Source of the DNA: Minisyncoccota bacterium
Lineage (GTDB): Bacteria > Patescibacteriota > Minisyncoccia > Phycocordibacterales > JABMNX01
DNA length: 64,000 nucleotides
Assembly: GCA_965222715.1 (NCBI GenBank)
Contig: OZ244961.1
Span: forward strand, 12,172 to 76,171
Direction: 5' to 3'
Under the pieces are notes generated by a model. The model was not told the origin of the DNA, ran no database searches, and saw only the letters and a list, made by a program, of their open reading frames with translations. A program made the translations under genes and the position numbers. How positions within the stretch are numbered: the first letter of the stretch is position 1; every line of letters starts with the position of its first letter. This document shows positions 27,661 through 37,351 of this stretch, piece after piece.

Positions 27661-29456
27661 TTGGTATACTTAGTGTACTCAAGATGCTCACCTTATATGT
27701 ACATTCACGAAAAACAATTAAAAGAGTTTGTACTTGACTCAGGACTCGTATCAAAAGCGACATTTGAGGCTGCTGAAAAGCGTGCACAAGAAAAAAATAT
27801 ATCAGTGAGTGATGCGTTGGTTCAAAGTGGCGATATTACACAAGATGATTTGCGAAGAACGCAAGCCTACATCCTCGGCATTCCTTTCGTGAGTCTCGAA
27901 GGGAAAAAGATTGATCCTGAAGTACTCTCTCTTGTCCCTGAACCAATTGCGCGAAACCATAATATTATTGCCTACAAGAAGGGTGACGACAGTCTAGAGG
28001 TTGCCATGCTCAACACTGACGACCTTACGGCAATTGATTTTGTAAAGAAAAAAGTACGACTCAAAATTCTCCCTCGGCTCACCGACGATGCGTCAATTAA
28101 ATCAGCGCTTAAGCAGTACCAAAAGAGTCTCAAAGATGAGTTTGGTGAGATTATTCGTCGAGAAACCGCTTCACTTAAAGGTGCTCCAGAAAGTGATGAG
28201 ATATCAAGTGAGGACCTTAAGCGCCTTGCGGAAGATTTGCCGGTGGTGCGTATCGTTGATTCACTTCTTCGTCACGCTATTAATCAAAACGCCTCAGATA
28301 TACATATTGAACCAATGGAGAATCAAGTGTTGGTGCGGTACCGTATCGACGGAATTTTACATGATGCGATGACGCTCCCTAAGAGTGCCGCATCATCAAT
28401 TACTGCGAGAGTAAAAGTACTTTCAAACCTAAAGCTTGATGAAAAACGGCTTCCCCAAGACGGTCGTTTTAAGATGGAATCAGGAAGTGAACGTGTATCA
28501 TTTCGCGTCTCAGTACTGCCAACGTATTTTGGTGAAAAGACAGTAATGCGACTACTTCAATGCGACTACTTCGTGAAAACATCTCAGGCTTTACTTTGGA
28601 AGGCCTTGGTTTTCATGGGGACGGGCTTGAGCGAATACATAAAGCAACACGACAGAAAACAGGAATGATACTCACCACAGGGCCAACTGGTTCTGGTAAG
28701 ACCACAACGCTCTATACTATTTTAGATATTCTTAATACTCCTGACGTAAATATTTCAACAGTTGAAGACCCGATTGAGTATCAAATGCAACGGGTCAATC
28801 AAACACAGGTAAAACCAGATATTGGATTTACTTTTGCAAAAGGTCTTCGTGCGCTCGTGCGGCAAGACCCCGATATTATTATGGTTGGTGAGATTCGTGA
28901 CAATGAAACCGCGGCGCTTGCGGTAAACGCAGCGCTCACTGGCCACTTAGTGCTCTCAACACTCCACACCAACTCTGCGGCAGGAGCAATTCCACGACTT
29001 CTTGATATGGAAGCGGAACCGTTCTTGCTTGTTTCAACCATTGACGTGGTTATTGGACAGCGTTTGGTACGAAAATTGTGTGAAGAAAAAGAAGAGTATC
29101 TTCTGACGCCACCAGAAATAGAAAAGTTACGTAAAATTGTAGATCTCGATAGGGTGCTTACAGTTCTTAAAAGTGAAAATGTTGTATCAGACGATGCAAC
29201 GTGGGAAAACATTCCTTTATATAAAGAAAAACCGTCGCAAGAATGTGAAGACGGGTTCTCGGGTAGAGTTGGTATTCATGAAATACTTACCATATCTGAC
29301 ACAATTAAAGATTTAATCATGAAGGGTGCAACTTCTGAAGACATTGAAGATCAGGCAAAAAAAGAAGGTATGATGTCGATGATTGAAGACGGGATTTTTA
29401 AAGCAGTGCAAGGCGTGACTACTGTTGAAGAAGTACTCCGCGTTGTTTCTGAATAG
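27661..29456 (+). pseudogene. pilB: type IV pilus assembly ATPase PilB/GspE, reading frame broken by a 14-bp tandem duplication (two ORFs 27661-28668 and 28560-29456)
   Basis: N-terminal GspE_N domain in frame 1; Walker A TGPTGSGKTT and the rest of the ATPase in frame 2; perfect direct repeat ATGCGACTACTTC(a/g) at 28546-28573. Confidence 0.75.
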
Positions 29457-29459
29457 CAT

Positions 29460-30674
29460 ATGAAACAGTTTTCGTATACAGCAAAAAATAAAGATGGAGA
29501 AGAGTACAAAGGTACTGCGTCAGTCGCAGATAAGTTTGAGTTGTATAAAAAAATAAAAGAAGAAGGGGGAGTTGTTATTGAAGTTGCGGAAGCTGGTGGT
29601 TCATTCTTTTCAATAGATCGTTTCAATCAAATCTTTGGAGCAGTGAAGGAACATGAGAAAGTGGTCTTTACTCGAAACCTTGGTGCAATGATAGAAGCTG
29701 GACTCTCACTTTCTCGAGCACTTTCAGTTCTTGAGCGTCAAACAAAAAATCCAAAACTCAAACTCGTACTTGCTGAAATTAACGACGAGGTGCGTAAAGG
29801 TGGTAATTTTCACACTGCACTTAAAAAGTTTCCAAAAATATTTTCACCACTCTTTGTCTCGATGGTACACGCTGGAGAGGAGAGTGGTAAATTATCTGAC
29901 GCACTTACATTAGTTGGTAGTCAGCTTGAGCGAAGTTATACGCTCAAAAAGAAGATAAAAGGTGCGCTCATCTACCCAGGGATCATTCTCATAGCAATGG
30001 TGATTATCAGTATCCTGATGTTGGTCTATGTGGTACCAACATTAACGCAAACGTTTGAAGAGCTCGGTGCAGAATTGCCGAAAAGTACGCAGGGTATCAT
30101 TACGGTGAGTAAGTTTTTAACAGAAAACACCCTTATTGCACTCCTTATCCCGTTAGTGATATTTGGTGTCTTCTATCTTATTGGTCGACGAAAAGAAGGA
30201 AAGAAGGCCTTTTACTACATACTGCTACATCTGCCAATCATTGGTCCATTGAATAAAGAAATTCAAGCAGCCCGAACTGCTCGTACACTCTCATCATTAC
30301 TCTCCTCTGGTGTTGAAATTATACAGGCAATCAGCATTACTTCTGAGGTTTTACAAAACCCGTACTACCACGCAGTACTTGAACGAGCACAAGAAGATGT
30401 GCAAAAGGGTTCACCGCTTTCAGGGGCGTTTACTGAAAACGAACACCTCTATCCAATTCTTGTTGGGGAGATGGTCTCTGTTGGAGAGGAGACAGGAAAA
30501 CTTCCTCAAATGCTCTTGCGGGTAGCTGAGTTCTACGAAACAGAGGTTGAGCAAAAGACAAAAGATATGTCTACCGTTATAGAACCATTCCTCATGATTC
30601 TCATCGGTGCCTTTGTTGGATTCTTTGCACTCTCTATGATTGCACCAATCTACTCACTCTCTGACAGTATTTAA
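29460..30674 (+). CDS. pilC: type IV pilus inner-membrane platform protein PilC/GspF
   Basis: Two GspF repeats and 3 TM segments; directly follows pilB. Confidence 0.85.
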   Translation: MKQFSYTAKNKDGEEYKGTASVADKFELYKKIKEEGGVVIEVAEAGGSFFSIDRFNQIFGAVKEHEKVVFTRNLGAMIEAGLSLSRALSVLERQTKNPKLKLVLAEINDEVRKGGNFHTALKKFPKIFSPLFVSMVHAGEESGKLSDALTLVGSQLERSYTLKKKIKGALIYPGIILIAMVIISILMLVYVVPTLTQTFEELGAELPKSTQGIITVSKFLTENTLIALLIPLVIFGVFYLIGRRKEGKKAFYYILLHLPIIGPLNKEIQAARTARTLSSLLSSGVEIIQAISITSEVLQNPYYHAVLERAQEDVQKGSPLSGAFTENEHLYPILVGEMVSVGEETGKLPQMLLRVAEFYETEVEQKTKDMSTVIEPFLMILIGAFVGFFALSMIAPIYSLSDSI

Positions 30675-30681
30675 TAGTGTT

Positions 30682-32031
30682 ATGCGTATATCGCACCTAC
30701 AAAGTAACAAAGGTTCAACACTACTTGATGTTCTTGTTGGTTCCGCACTGCTTCTCATTGTGTTTCTCGGTTTATTTGGGGCGTTTCAACTAAGTTTGGT
30801 GTTAGTTGAAACGGCAAAGTTGCGCACAGGTGCCCTAGCTCTTGCACAAGATAGAATTGAGTATATTCGATCACTTCAATATGACGATGTTGGTACTGTT
30901 GGTGGTATTCCACAAGGTATTCTTGAATCAGAAGAAGCGCTGTCACTAAATGGTATTTCATACACCCGTCGCACCTTTGTGCAGTACACTGATGCACCCG
31001 AAGATGGTTCAGGTGCGCTCGACGAAAATAGTATTACGACTGACTACAAAACAGTAAAAGTGACACTTGAGTGGGAGACGCGAAATGGAACCAGAGAAAC
31101 TTCACTGGTATCAAACATAGTTCCCGATGGTATAGAGTCGGTTGTCGGTGGCGGAACTTTACGCATCACGGTTCTTAACGCTCTGAGTGCAGCGGTGCCG
31201 AGTGCGCAGGTAAATATTGTAAATAACGATACGAGTCCAGCAATTTCTCTCTCAACATTTACAAATACTGAAGGAGTTGTTGAACTTCCTGGTGCACCAG
31301 CGGCAAGTAATTATGAGGTTTCTATTAGTAAAAGTGGGTATAGTGGGGCGCAAACCTATTCGGTAACCGGTCAAAACACAAACCCAAGTCCAGGACATCT
31401 CTCGGTCACTGAGTCAGAAACTACAGCAGATTCATTTTTTATTGATACTCTTGGTTCGATAACAGTACGAACATTTGAATATGGAACAACTACATCGCTT
31501 TTTAATATTCCATTTTCAATACGTGGTGATAAAACAATTGGTACGGATAGTGGTAGTAATCCAATTTATAAATACACTGGCTCTCTCGATACTGGAGGAA
31601 GTGGTACTGACACCGAGAGTTCTCTTGAGTGGGATAATTACACAATTACTATTAACGATACGGTAACAGGCTACGATATCGCAGAAATTTGTCCGGCTAA
31701 CCCACTGTCACTTAACCCAGGAGATAACACTACGGTAGATATTTATCTTGACGAAAACACAACACACACACTTTTAGTAAGTGTGGTTGATGTTAACGGT
31801 GACCCGCTTAATGGGGCATCGGTGCATTTGTATCGTGGTGCGTATGACACCACTAACCAAACGGCGACGTGTGGCCAGACGTTCTTTAATAATAGTCTTT
31901 CAGAGGGGACAGCAGCTGGTAGTAACCCATACTCTCTGTCAGTCTCTCTTTCTGGATACCAAACGTACAATAACAGCTCGGTCGATGTTAGTGATGATTC
32001 AACACTTACCGTAACCTTATCAACTATATAA
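30682..32031 (+). CDS. large prepilin-like minor pilin (class III signal KGSTLLDVLVGSALLL)
   Basis: Start set at the internal ATG 30682; G/S-T-L-L-D-hydrophobic N-terminus; long T/S/G-rich C-domain. Confidence 0.55.
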   Translation: MRISHLQSNKGSTLLDVLVGSALLLIVFLGLFGAFQLSLVLVETAKLRTGALALAQDRIEYIRSLQYDDVGTVGGIPQGILESEEALSLNGISYTRRTFVQYTDAPEDGSGALDENSITTDYKTVKVTLEWETRNGTRETSLVSNIVPDGIESVVGGGTLRITVLNALSAAVPSAQVNIVNNDTSPAISLSTFTNTEGVVELPGAPAASNYEVSISKSGYSGAQTYSVTGQNTNPSPGHLSVTESETTADSFFIDTLGSITVRTFEYGTTTSLFNIPFSIRGDKTIGTDSGSNPIYKYTGSLDTGGSGTDTESSLEWDNYTITINDTVTGYDIAEICPANPLSLNPGDNTTVDIYLDENTTHTLLVSVVDVNGDPLNGASVHLYRGAYDTTNQTATCGQTFFNNSLSEGTAAGSNPYSLSVSLSGYQTYNNSSVDVSDDSTLTVTLSTI

Positions 32032-32034
32032 GCT

Positions 32035-32640
32035 ATGCAGTACAAAAACACTAAGAACGGATTTACGATTATTGAAGTGCTCGTTGTGCTTGCTATTTTT
32101 GTTGTCATTCTGGGTGCGCTGGTTGGATCACTCCGCTACTTCTACCGATCAAACACAACTGCTATTGAACAATCGTTTGCGGTTCAGAGTGCACGTCGAG
32201 GAATTGAAAATATCGCAACTGATATACGTGAGGCAACATATTCAGATGAAGGATCTTACCCAGTTATTTCAATGGCAACATCTTCATTTAGTTTCTACAG
32301 TGATATAGACTCAGATATTTTTATTGAGAAGGTTCGCTACTTTCTTGATGGGACAGATGTAAAGCGTGGGGTGATTGACTCTTCTGGTGACCCACGAACG
32401 TATGATGATAATAATGAAGTAGTATCAATAATTTCTGAAAACGTACGAAATGCTTCAGAGAGTACTGATATTTTTACGTACTACGATACGAACGGATCGG
32501 TAATTACTAGCACAGCAAGCACAACAAACGTTCGTTTTGTTGATATTAATATTATTGTAAATACTACACCCGCGCGTGGATTAAATAACTTCACTCTTAA
32601 TACGAGCGCAACACTGAGGAACGTGCGAAACGAAGATTAA
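32035..32640 (+). CDS. type IV pilin / pseudopilin (N-terminus KNGFTIIEVLVVLAIF)
   Basis: Canonical G|FTxIE prepilin cleavage/methylation motif. Confidence 0.7.
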   Translation: MQYKNTKNGFTIIEVLVVLAIFVVILGALVGSLRYFYRSNTTAIEQSFAVQSARRGIENIATDIREATYSDEGSYPVISMATSSFSFYSDIDSDIFIEKVRYFLDGTDVKRGVIDSSGDPRTYDDNNEVVSIISENVRNASESTDIFTYYDTNGSVITSTASTTNVRFVDINIIVNTTPARGLNNFTLNTSATLRNVRNED

Positions 32641-34052
32641 TGCATATGAAAGAACGAAACCCACAACAAGGATACATCACCATACTCGTACTTGTGTTTG
32701 CAGGAGTATTTTTCGTTGTGGTTTCAGGTCTTTCTGGATTTATTTTTACGCAAAACAAATTACAGATTACGAAAGAGAATCGTGAGCGAGCATTTCAAAT
32801 CGCTGAAGCAGGACTTAATTACTACAAGTGGTTTCTCTCACACTACCCAACTGACTTACAAGATGGCACAGGGCAGCCTGGTCCATATGAACATACCTAC
32901 AATGACCCTGAGGGGGGAGAAATCGGCACTTTTTCTCTTGAAGTAGAAGCAAATCAGCAGTGTAACACTACGATGTCAATTGATATCACTTCGACAGGGT
33001 GGCCCGTAGAAGATACCTCAACCCAGAGAGTACTATTTGGTCGCTACGCTCGACCGTCGGTTGCTGAATACTCTTTTATTATTAACAGTGATGTGTGGGC
33101 TGGTTCCGACAGAACAATTTATGGTAAGTACCACTCAAATGGCGGTATTCGCATGGATGGCGATAATCAGTCCACTGTTGAGAGTGCTCAGTCTACATGG
33201 ACGTGTACCAGCTCGTTTGGTTGCAGTCCTGACTCAACACAAAACGGTGTGTTTGGCGCTGGTACTAACCCAGAGTTATGGAGTTATGGAGTTTCACAAA
33301 TTAGCTTTAACAGTATTATTACTGATTTAGTAAATATGCGCTCACTTGCACAAAGTGATGGGGTAGACTTAGGAAGCTCTGGTGGTTTTGGTCACCATGT
33401 TATTTTTCAGTCAGACGGAACGATTGATGTGTACCGAGTGACGAGTGTTGGGAGTAATGACTGGGAGTATGATTCAGTAACTGGGTGGTCACAGGTAAAC
33501 CGGACCATCCTAGGAGAAACATTTCTACAAACATACACCCCTCCATCTGATTGCGGATTAATTTTTACTGAAGACGATTTGTGGGTTGAAGGAACAGTAA
33601 ACGGAAAGCTTACCATTGTGTCTGCTGACCTTGATGACGTGAATAATGAAACCGATGTCATGCTTACTGGAAACATTAGCTACTCAACACTTGATGGTTC
33701 TGATGGTTTAACAGTTGTTTCTGAGGGAAACGTATTAATACCGCTTCAGGTACCAACCGATATGAGTTTGCGAGGTATCTTCATTGCGCAAAGTGGTCGT
33801 TTTGGAAGAAACTACTATGACCCAAGTCCTGGGTATAACCCAACTCACGCACAGAAAGATTCACTCACCATAAACGGCACCATTGTTTCAAATGGTCGTG
33901 TGTCATCAAAATGGCTCTGTGGTGGTTCATATTGTTCAGGGTTTAATACCCGTAACAGTTCATATGATCGAACACTCGCCAAAGACCCGCCACCACTCAC
34001 GCCATATACAAGTTCTGATTATCGATTTATTGAGTGGAAAGAAGAGTTGTAG
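32640..34052 (+). CDS. PilX-like prepilin-type pilus-associated protein
   Basis: N-terminus QQGYITILVLVFAGVFFVV; large C-terminal domain. Confidence 0.5.
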   Translation: MHMKERNPQQGYITILVLVFAGVFFVVVSGLSGFIFTQNKLQITKENRERAFQIAEAGLNYYKWFLSHYPTDLQDGTGQPGPYEHTYNDPEGGEIGTFSLEVEANQQCNTTMSIDITSTGWPVEDTSTQRVLFGRYARPSVAEYSFIINSDVWAGSDRTIYGKYHSNGGIRMDGDNQSTVESAQSTWTCTSSFGCSPDSTQNGVFGAGTNPELWSYGVSQISFNSIITDLVNMRSLAQSDGVDLGSSGGFGHHVIFQSDGTIDVYRVTSVGSNDWEYDSVTGWSQVNRTILGETFLQTYTPPSDCGLIFTEDDLWVEGTVNGKLTIVSADLDDVNNETDVMLTGNISYSTLDGSDGLTVVSEGNVLIPLQVPTDMSLRGIFIAQSGRFGRNYYDPSPGYNPTHAQKDSLTINGTIVSNGRVSSKWLCGGSYCSGFNTRNSSYDRTLAKDPPPLTPYTSSDYRFIEWKEEL

Positions 34053-34075
34053 CGGTAAATGGTATACTCTAGATA

Positions 34076-34852
34076 ATGAAAAAAGCTAAAAAACTACTTG
34101 TTGCTAACTGGAAGATGAATCCGCAGTCTGTCGTTGAAGCAAAGCGACTCTTTATTGATGTAAAAAAGACAGCGAGTCGTCTCAGTAACGTAGAGACGGT
34201 AATTGCACCTCCTTTTGTCTTTCTTCCAATATTAAGAGAACTGTATGCTGGTCACCGCATTTCATTTTCTGGCCAAGATGTCTTTTTTGAAAAAAGCGGC
34301 TCATACACCGGTGAGATAAGTGCTTCAATGCTCAAAGAAGTGGGAGCGGAGTATTGTATTATTGGTCACTCAGAACGTCGCGCTCGAGGTGAAAGTGACG
34401 AAGATATTCAAAAAAAGGTAGATGTCATAACAACAGCAGGACTGACTGCAATTCTCTGTATTGGGGAATCAGAGAGAGATCATAGTAACGGAACACATCT
34501 TAGTTTTTTAACTGATCAAATTAAGTCAGCACTTGGAGGATTGACTGGGAAGCAAATGAAACAAGTGGTTATTGCGTACGAACCAATCTGGGCAATTGGA
34601 AAAAGTGAGAGTGAGGCAATGCAGCCGAGAGAACTTCATGAAACAGTACTCTTTATACGAAAAACACTCAGTAAATTGTTTGATGTAAAAGTAGCACAGG
34701 GTACAAAGATACTATATGGAGGTTCTGCTGAAAGTGGTAACACCGAATCACTACTTCAAGACGGGGAAGCTGATGGACTCCTTGTGGGGCACGCCAGTCT
34801 TTCAGCAACTGAGTTTAGCGAGATGCTCAGAATTGCTCAGTCTATAAAATAA
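34076..34852 (+). CDS. tpiA: triosephosphate isomerase
   Basis: LLVANWKMN, AYEPIWAIG motifs. Confidence 0.85.
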   Translation: MKKAKKLLVANWKMNPQSVVEAKRLFIDVKKTASRLSNVETVIAPPFVFLPILRELYAGHRISFSGQDVFFEKSGSYTGEISASMLKEVGAEYCIIGHSERRARGESDEDIQKKVDVITTAGLTAILCIGESERDHSNGTHLSFLTDQIKSALGGLTGKQMKQVVIAYEPIWAIGKSESEAMQPRELHETVLFIRKTLSKLFDVKVAQGTKILYGGSAESGNTESLLQDGEADGLLVGHASLSATEFSEMLRIAQSIK

Positions 34853-34868
34853 ATAGGTACTCAAGTGT

Positions 34869-35978
34869 ATGAAAGGTATTCAAGACATTGAAAGTGTAGC
34901 AGGGAAACGAGTACTTGTGCGTATTTCTACCAACGTCCCTATTCATAATGGAGAGGTAAGTAATGATTTTCGATTACGATCAGTGCTTCCTACTATTACT
35001 CAACTACAGGATAGAGGTGCTCGAGTCATTCTTTTAGGTCACTTGGGGCGAGACGGTGAGACGTTGAAACCAGTCTATGAATATCTCAAACAAAAACTCA
35101 ATCTCACTTTTATAGAAGACACTAGTGGTGAAAAAACGCAGCGCGCAGTGAGTACAATGAGTGACGGTGACGTAATACTCCTTGAAAATCTTAGAAAAGA
35201 TTCACGTGAGGTAGCAAATGATGATACGTTTGCGAAAGAACTTGCCTCACTTGGAGATATATACGTGAATGAAGACTTCGCAGTATCTCATAGAGAACAT
35301 GCTTCAATTGTTGGTGTACCGAAGTATCTTCCAAGTTACGCAGGACTTCATTTTCAAAAAGAAGTAGCTGAACTTTCAAAGGCGCGAGAACCACTCCCTG
35401 GCTCACTCTTTATTATTGGTGGTGCAAAATTTGAAACCAAACTCCCACTTATTGAAAAATTCTCCGATGTGTACGAGACAGTGATCATTACTGGCGCGCT
35501 AGCAAATAATTTTTTCGATGCACGTGGGTATGAAACAGGCACTTCACTTGTTGCAAAGAATATTGATATCTCTCACTTACTTTCAAAAGAACACATCCAT
35601 ACCCCAGTTGATGTAGTGGTCTCAAAGGGGAAGATGTCAGAGACTAAAAAACCAGAAGAAGTAAAAGAAGATGAAAAAATAGTTGATGCGGGACAAGCAA
35701 CAGTTGCATCTATTACAGATGAATTAAAGAAAGCGAGCAGTGTAGTGTGGAACGGACCACTTGGAGAGTATGAAAGTGGATTTAGTGAAGGGACAAAAGC
35801 ACTTGCAGAAGCAATCGCTAATTCAAACTGCTACAGCATTATTGGTGGGGGAGACACTGTCGCTGCAATAGCTGAGCTGGGTATTGAAGATAAGATTTCA
35901 TTTATCTCAACCGCTGGTGGCGCCATGCTCACTTTCTTGGAAGAAGGAACATTGCCTGGAATTGAAGTAATTAATTAA
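34869..35978 (+). CDS. pgk: phosphoglycerate kinase
   Basis: Length and motifs (RVDFNVP-like, GGGDT VAAI). Confidence 0.85.
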   Translation: MKGIQDIESVAGKRVLVRISTNVPIHNGEVSNDFRLRSVLPTITQLQDRGARVILLGHLGRDGETLKPVYEYLKQKLNLTFIEDTSGEKTQRAVSTMSDGDVILLENLRKDSREVANDDTFAKELASLGDIYVNEDFAVSHREHASIVGVPKYLPSYAGLHFQKEVAELSKAREPLPGSLFIIGGAKFETKLPLIEKFSDVYETVIITGALANNFFDARGYETGTSLVAKNIDISHLLSKEHIHTPVDVVVSKGKMSETKKPEEVKEDEKIVDAGQATVASITDELKKASSVVWNGPLGEYESGFSEGTKALAEAIANSNCYSIIGGGDTVAAIAELGIEDKISFISTAGGAMLTFLEEGTLPGIEVIN

Positions 35979-35985
35979 TTTTTTT

Positions 35986-36897
35986 ATGAGTAAGAGTTGG
36001 TTAGAGGAGAATTGGTTTAAAGTTTCAATTCTTTTCATTTTTCTTGGTGGAGTTTCGATTAGTTTGTATATACAACTTGTACATTCTAAAGAAGATGTAA
36101 TCCTAAAAGACAACAAAGAAATAGTTGATATTGAATCTTTAAAAGAAGAATTGCGAGTCGAAATTAAAAAAGATGTAGAAGAAGGAAATCCAAAAGAAGA
36201 ACACATCTCTGTAAATAATTTTCAGCAAACACAAAATCTCAGTGATTCAAATGTACTTTCAAAAGAACTATTAAAAGAAATAATGTCTCGAGTAGTTTAT
36301 ATACAATGCTATGGTTCGAATGGAGTCGCGACAGGTTCGGGCACTATACAATTAATAGACAATGAATCAAAAGTGGTTGTTACAAATTTTCATGTAAGTA
36401 ATGGAACCGGAGGTAATCCCGTGTGTAGTGTTAAGGTACCAGAAAAACCTGACTACACTACATCACAAAGTATTGCGCTAGAGACTGAGCGTGGAAAATT
36501 TAGTCCATATTATCCAGAGATGGATGTGGCTTTATTACATATAAAAAGCCCAGAAAACATGAAGTCTTCCTTGTTCGAACCATTTCCTCTTCCGGGGTGT
36601 AAGGATTCTCAAATTGAAATAGGTACTCAAGTTACTGTTCTAGGGTACCCTTCTTTTGGAGGTAACACCTTAACAGTAACAGAGGGTACAATAAGCGGTA
36701 TTTCTCCTACTCAATATGGTCGCAGGTACAAATCTTCTGCAAAAACAGATCAAGGAGTTTCTGGCGGTATTGCTATAAGTGAAGAGAAAAAATGTGTTAT
36801 CGGTATTCCTACTTGGGTTACAGTCGCAACAAGAGGTGAGTTTTTGGGCTTAATACAGTCTTGGGATTCAATAGAAAAATACGGTGAAATTTTTTAA
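35986..36897 (+). CDS. secreted trypsin-like (S1) serine protease
   Basis: VVTNFHV (His) and GVSGGIAI (Ser) motifs; N-terminal TM/signal. Confidence 0.6.
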   Translation: MSKSWLEENWFKVSILFIFLGGVSISLYIQLVHSKEDVILKDNKEIVDIESLKEELRVEIKKDVEEGNPKEEHISVNNFQQTQNLSDSNVLSKELLKEIMSRVVYIQCYGSNGVATGSGTIQLIDNESKVVVTNFHVSNGTGGNPVCSVKVPEKPDYTTSQSIALETERGKFSPYYPEMDVALLHIKSPENMKSSLFEPFPLPGCKDSQIEIGTQVTVLGYPSFGGNTLTVTEGTISGISPTQYGRRYKSSAKTDQGVSGGIAISEEKKCVIGIPTWVTVATRGEFLGLIQSWDSIEKYGEIF

Positions 36898-36898
36898 A

Positions 36899-37306
36899 TT
36901 ATACTTTTGAACGAATAGACTCAGCTACTTTTTTATCTTCTCCATCTTTATATGGTGTACCGCCCCAAGGAGTAAAACCATCCTCTGTAAAACGTGGAAT
37001 GATGTGCACGTGTGAGTGAAACACTTCTTGAAACGCTGCCGGTTCGTTATTCATATAAACATTTACTCCTTGAGCTTGTACTCCCTCTTTCACAGCAGGC
37101 GTAAGGTGTCGAACCGTTTTCATTACTTCAACCCAACTCTCTTCTGAAATATCGAGGACATTCCTTGAATGTTCTTTGGGTACTACAAGCGTGTGCCCAG
37201 GATTGTTGGGGTTAATATCAAGAAAGGCAAAGGTGTGCTCATTTTCATATATTTTCTCCGAAGGAATATCTCCTTTAATAATTTTGCAAAACAGGCAATC
37301 ATTCAT
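36899..37306 (-). CDS. HIT-family (histidine triad) nucleotide hydrolase
   Basis: HSHVHIIPR triad motif. Confidence 0.8.
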   Translation of the reverse strand: MNDCLFCKIIKGDIPSEKIYENEHTFAFLDINPNNPGHTLVVPKEHSRNVLDISEESWVEVMKTVRHLTPAVKEGVQAQGVNVYMNNEPAAFQEVFHSHVHIIPRFTEDGFTPWGGTPYKDGEDKKVAESIRSKV

Positions 37307-37351
37307 TACCCCTATTCTATGATAAAATTGCTCATATTACACGAGGTTATT

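Noticed and set aside
28088-28372. Alternative-frame ORFs inside pilB (28088-28372) and antisense ORFs inside nusA (26359-26862, 26903-27232), tig (23356-23817), EF-G (47738-48208), L4/L23 (53406-54037) and others
   Set aside because: They lie within well-supported genes in other frames or strands, with low-complexity translations and no RBS. They are typical spurious ORFs.
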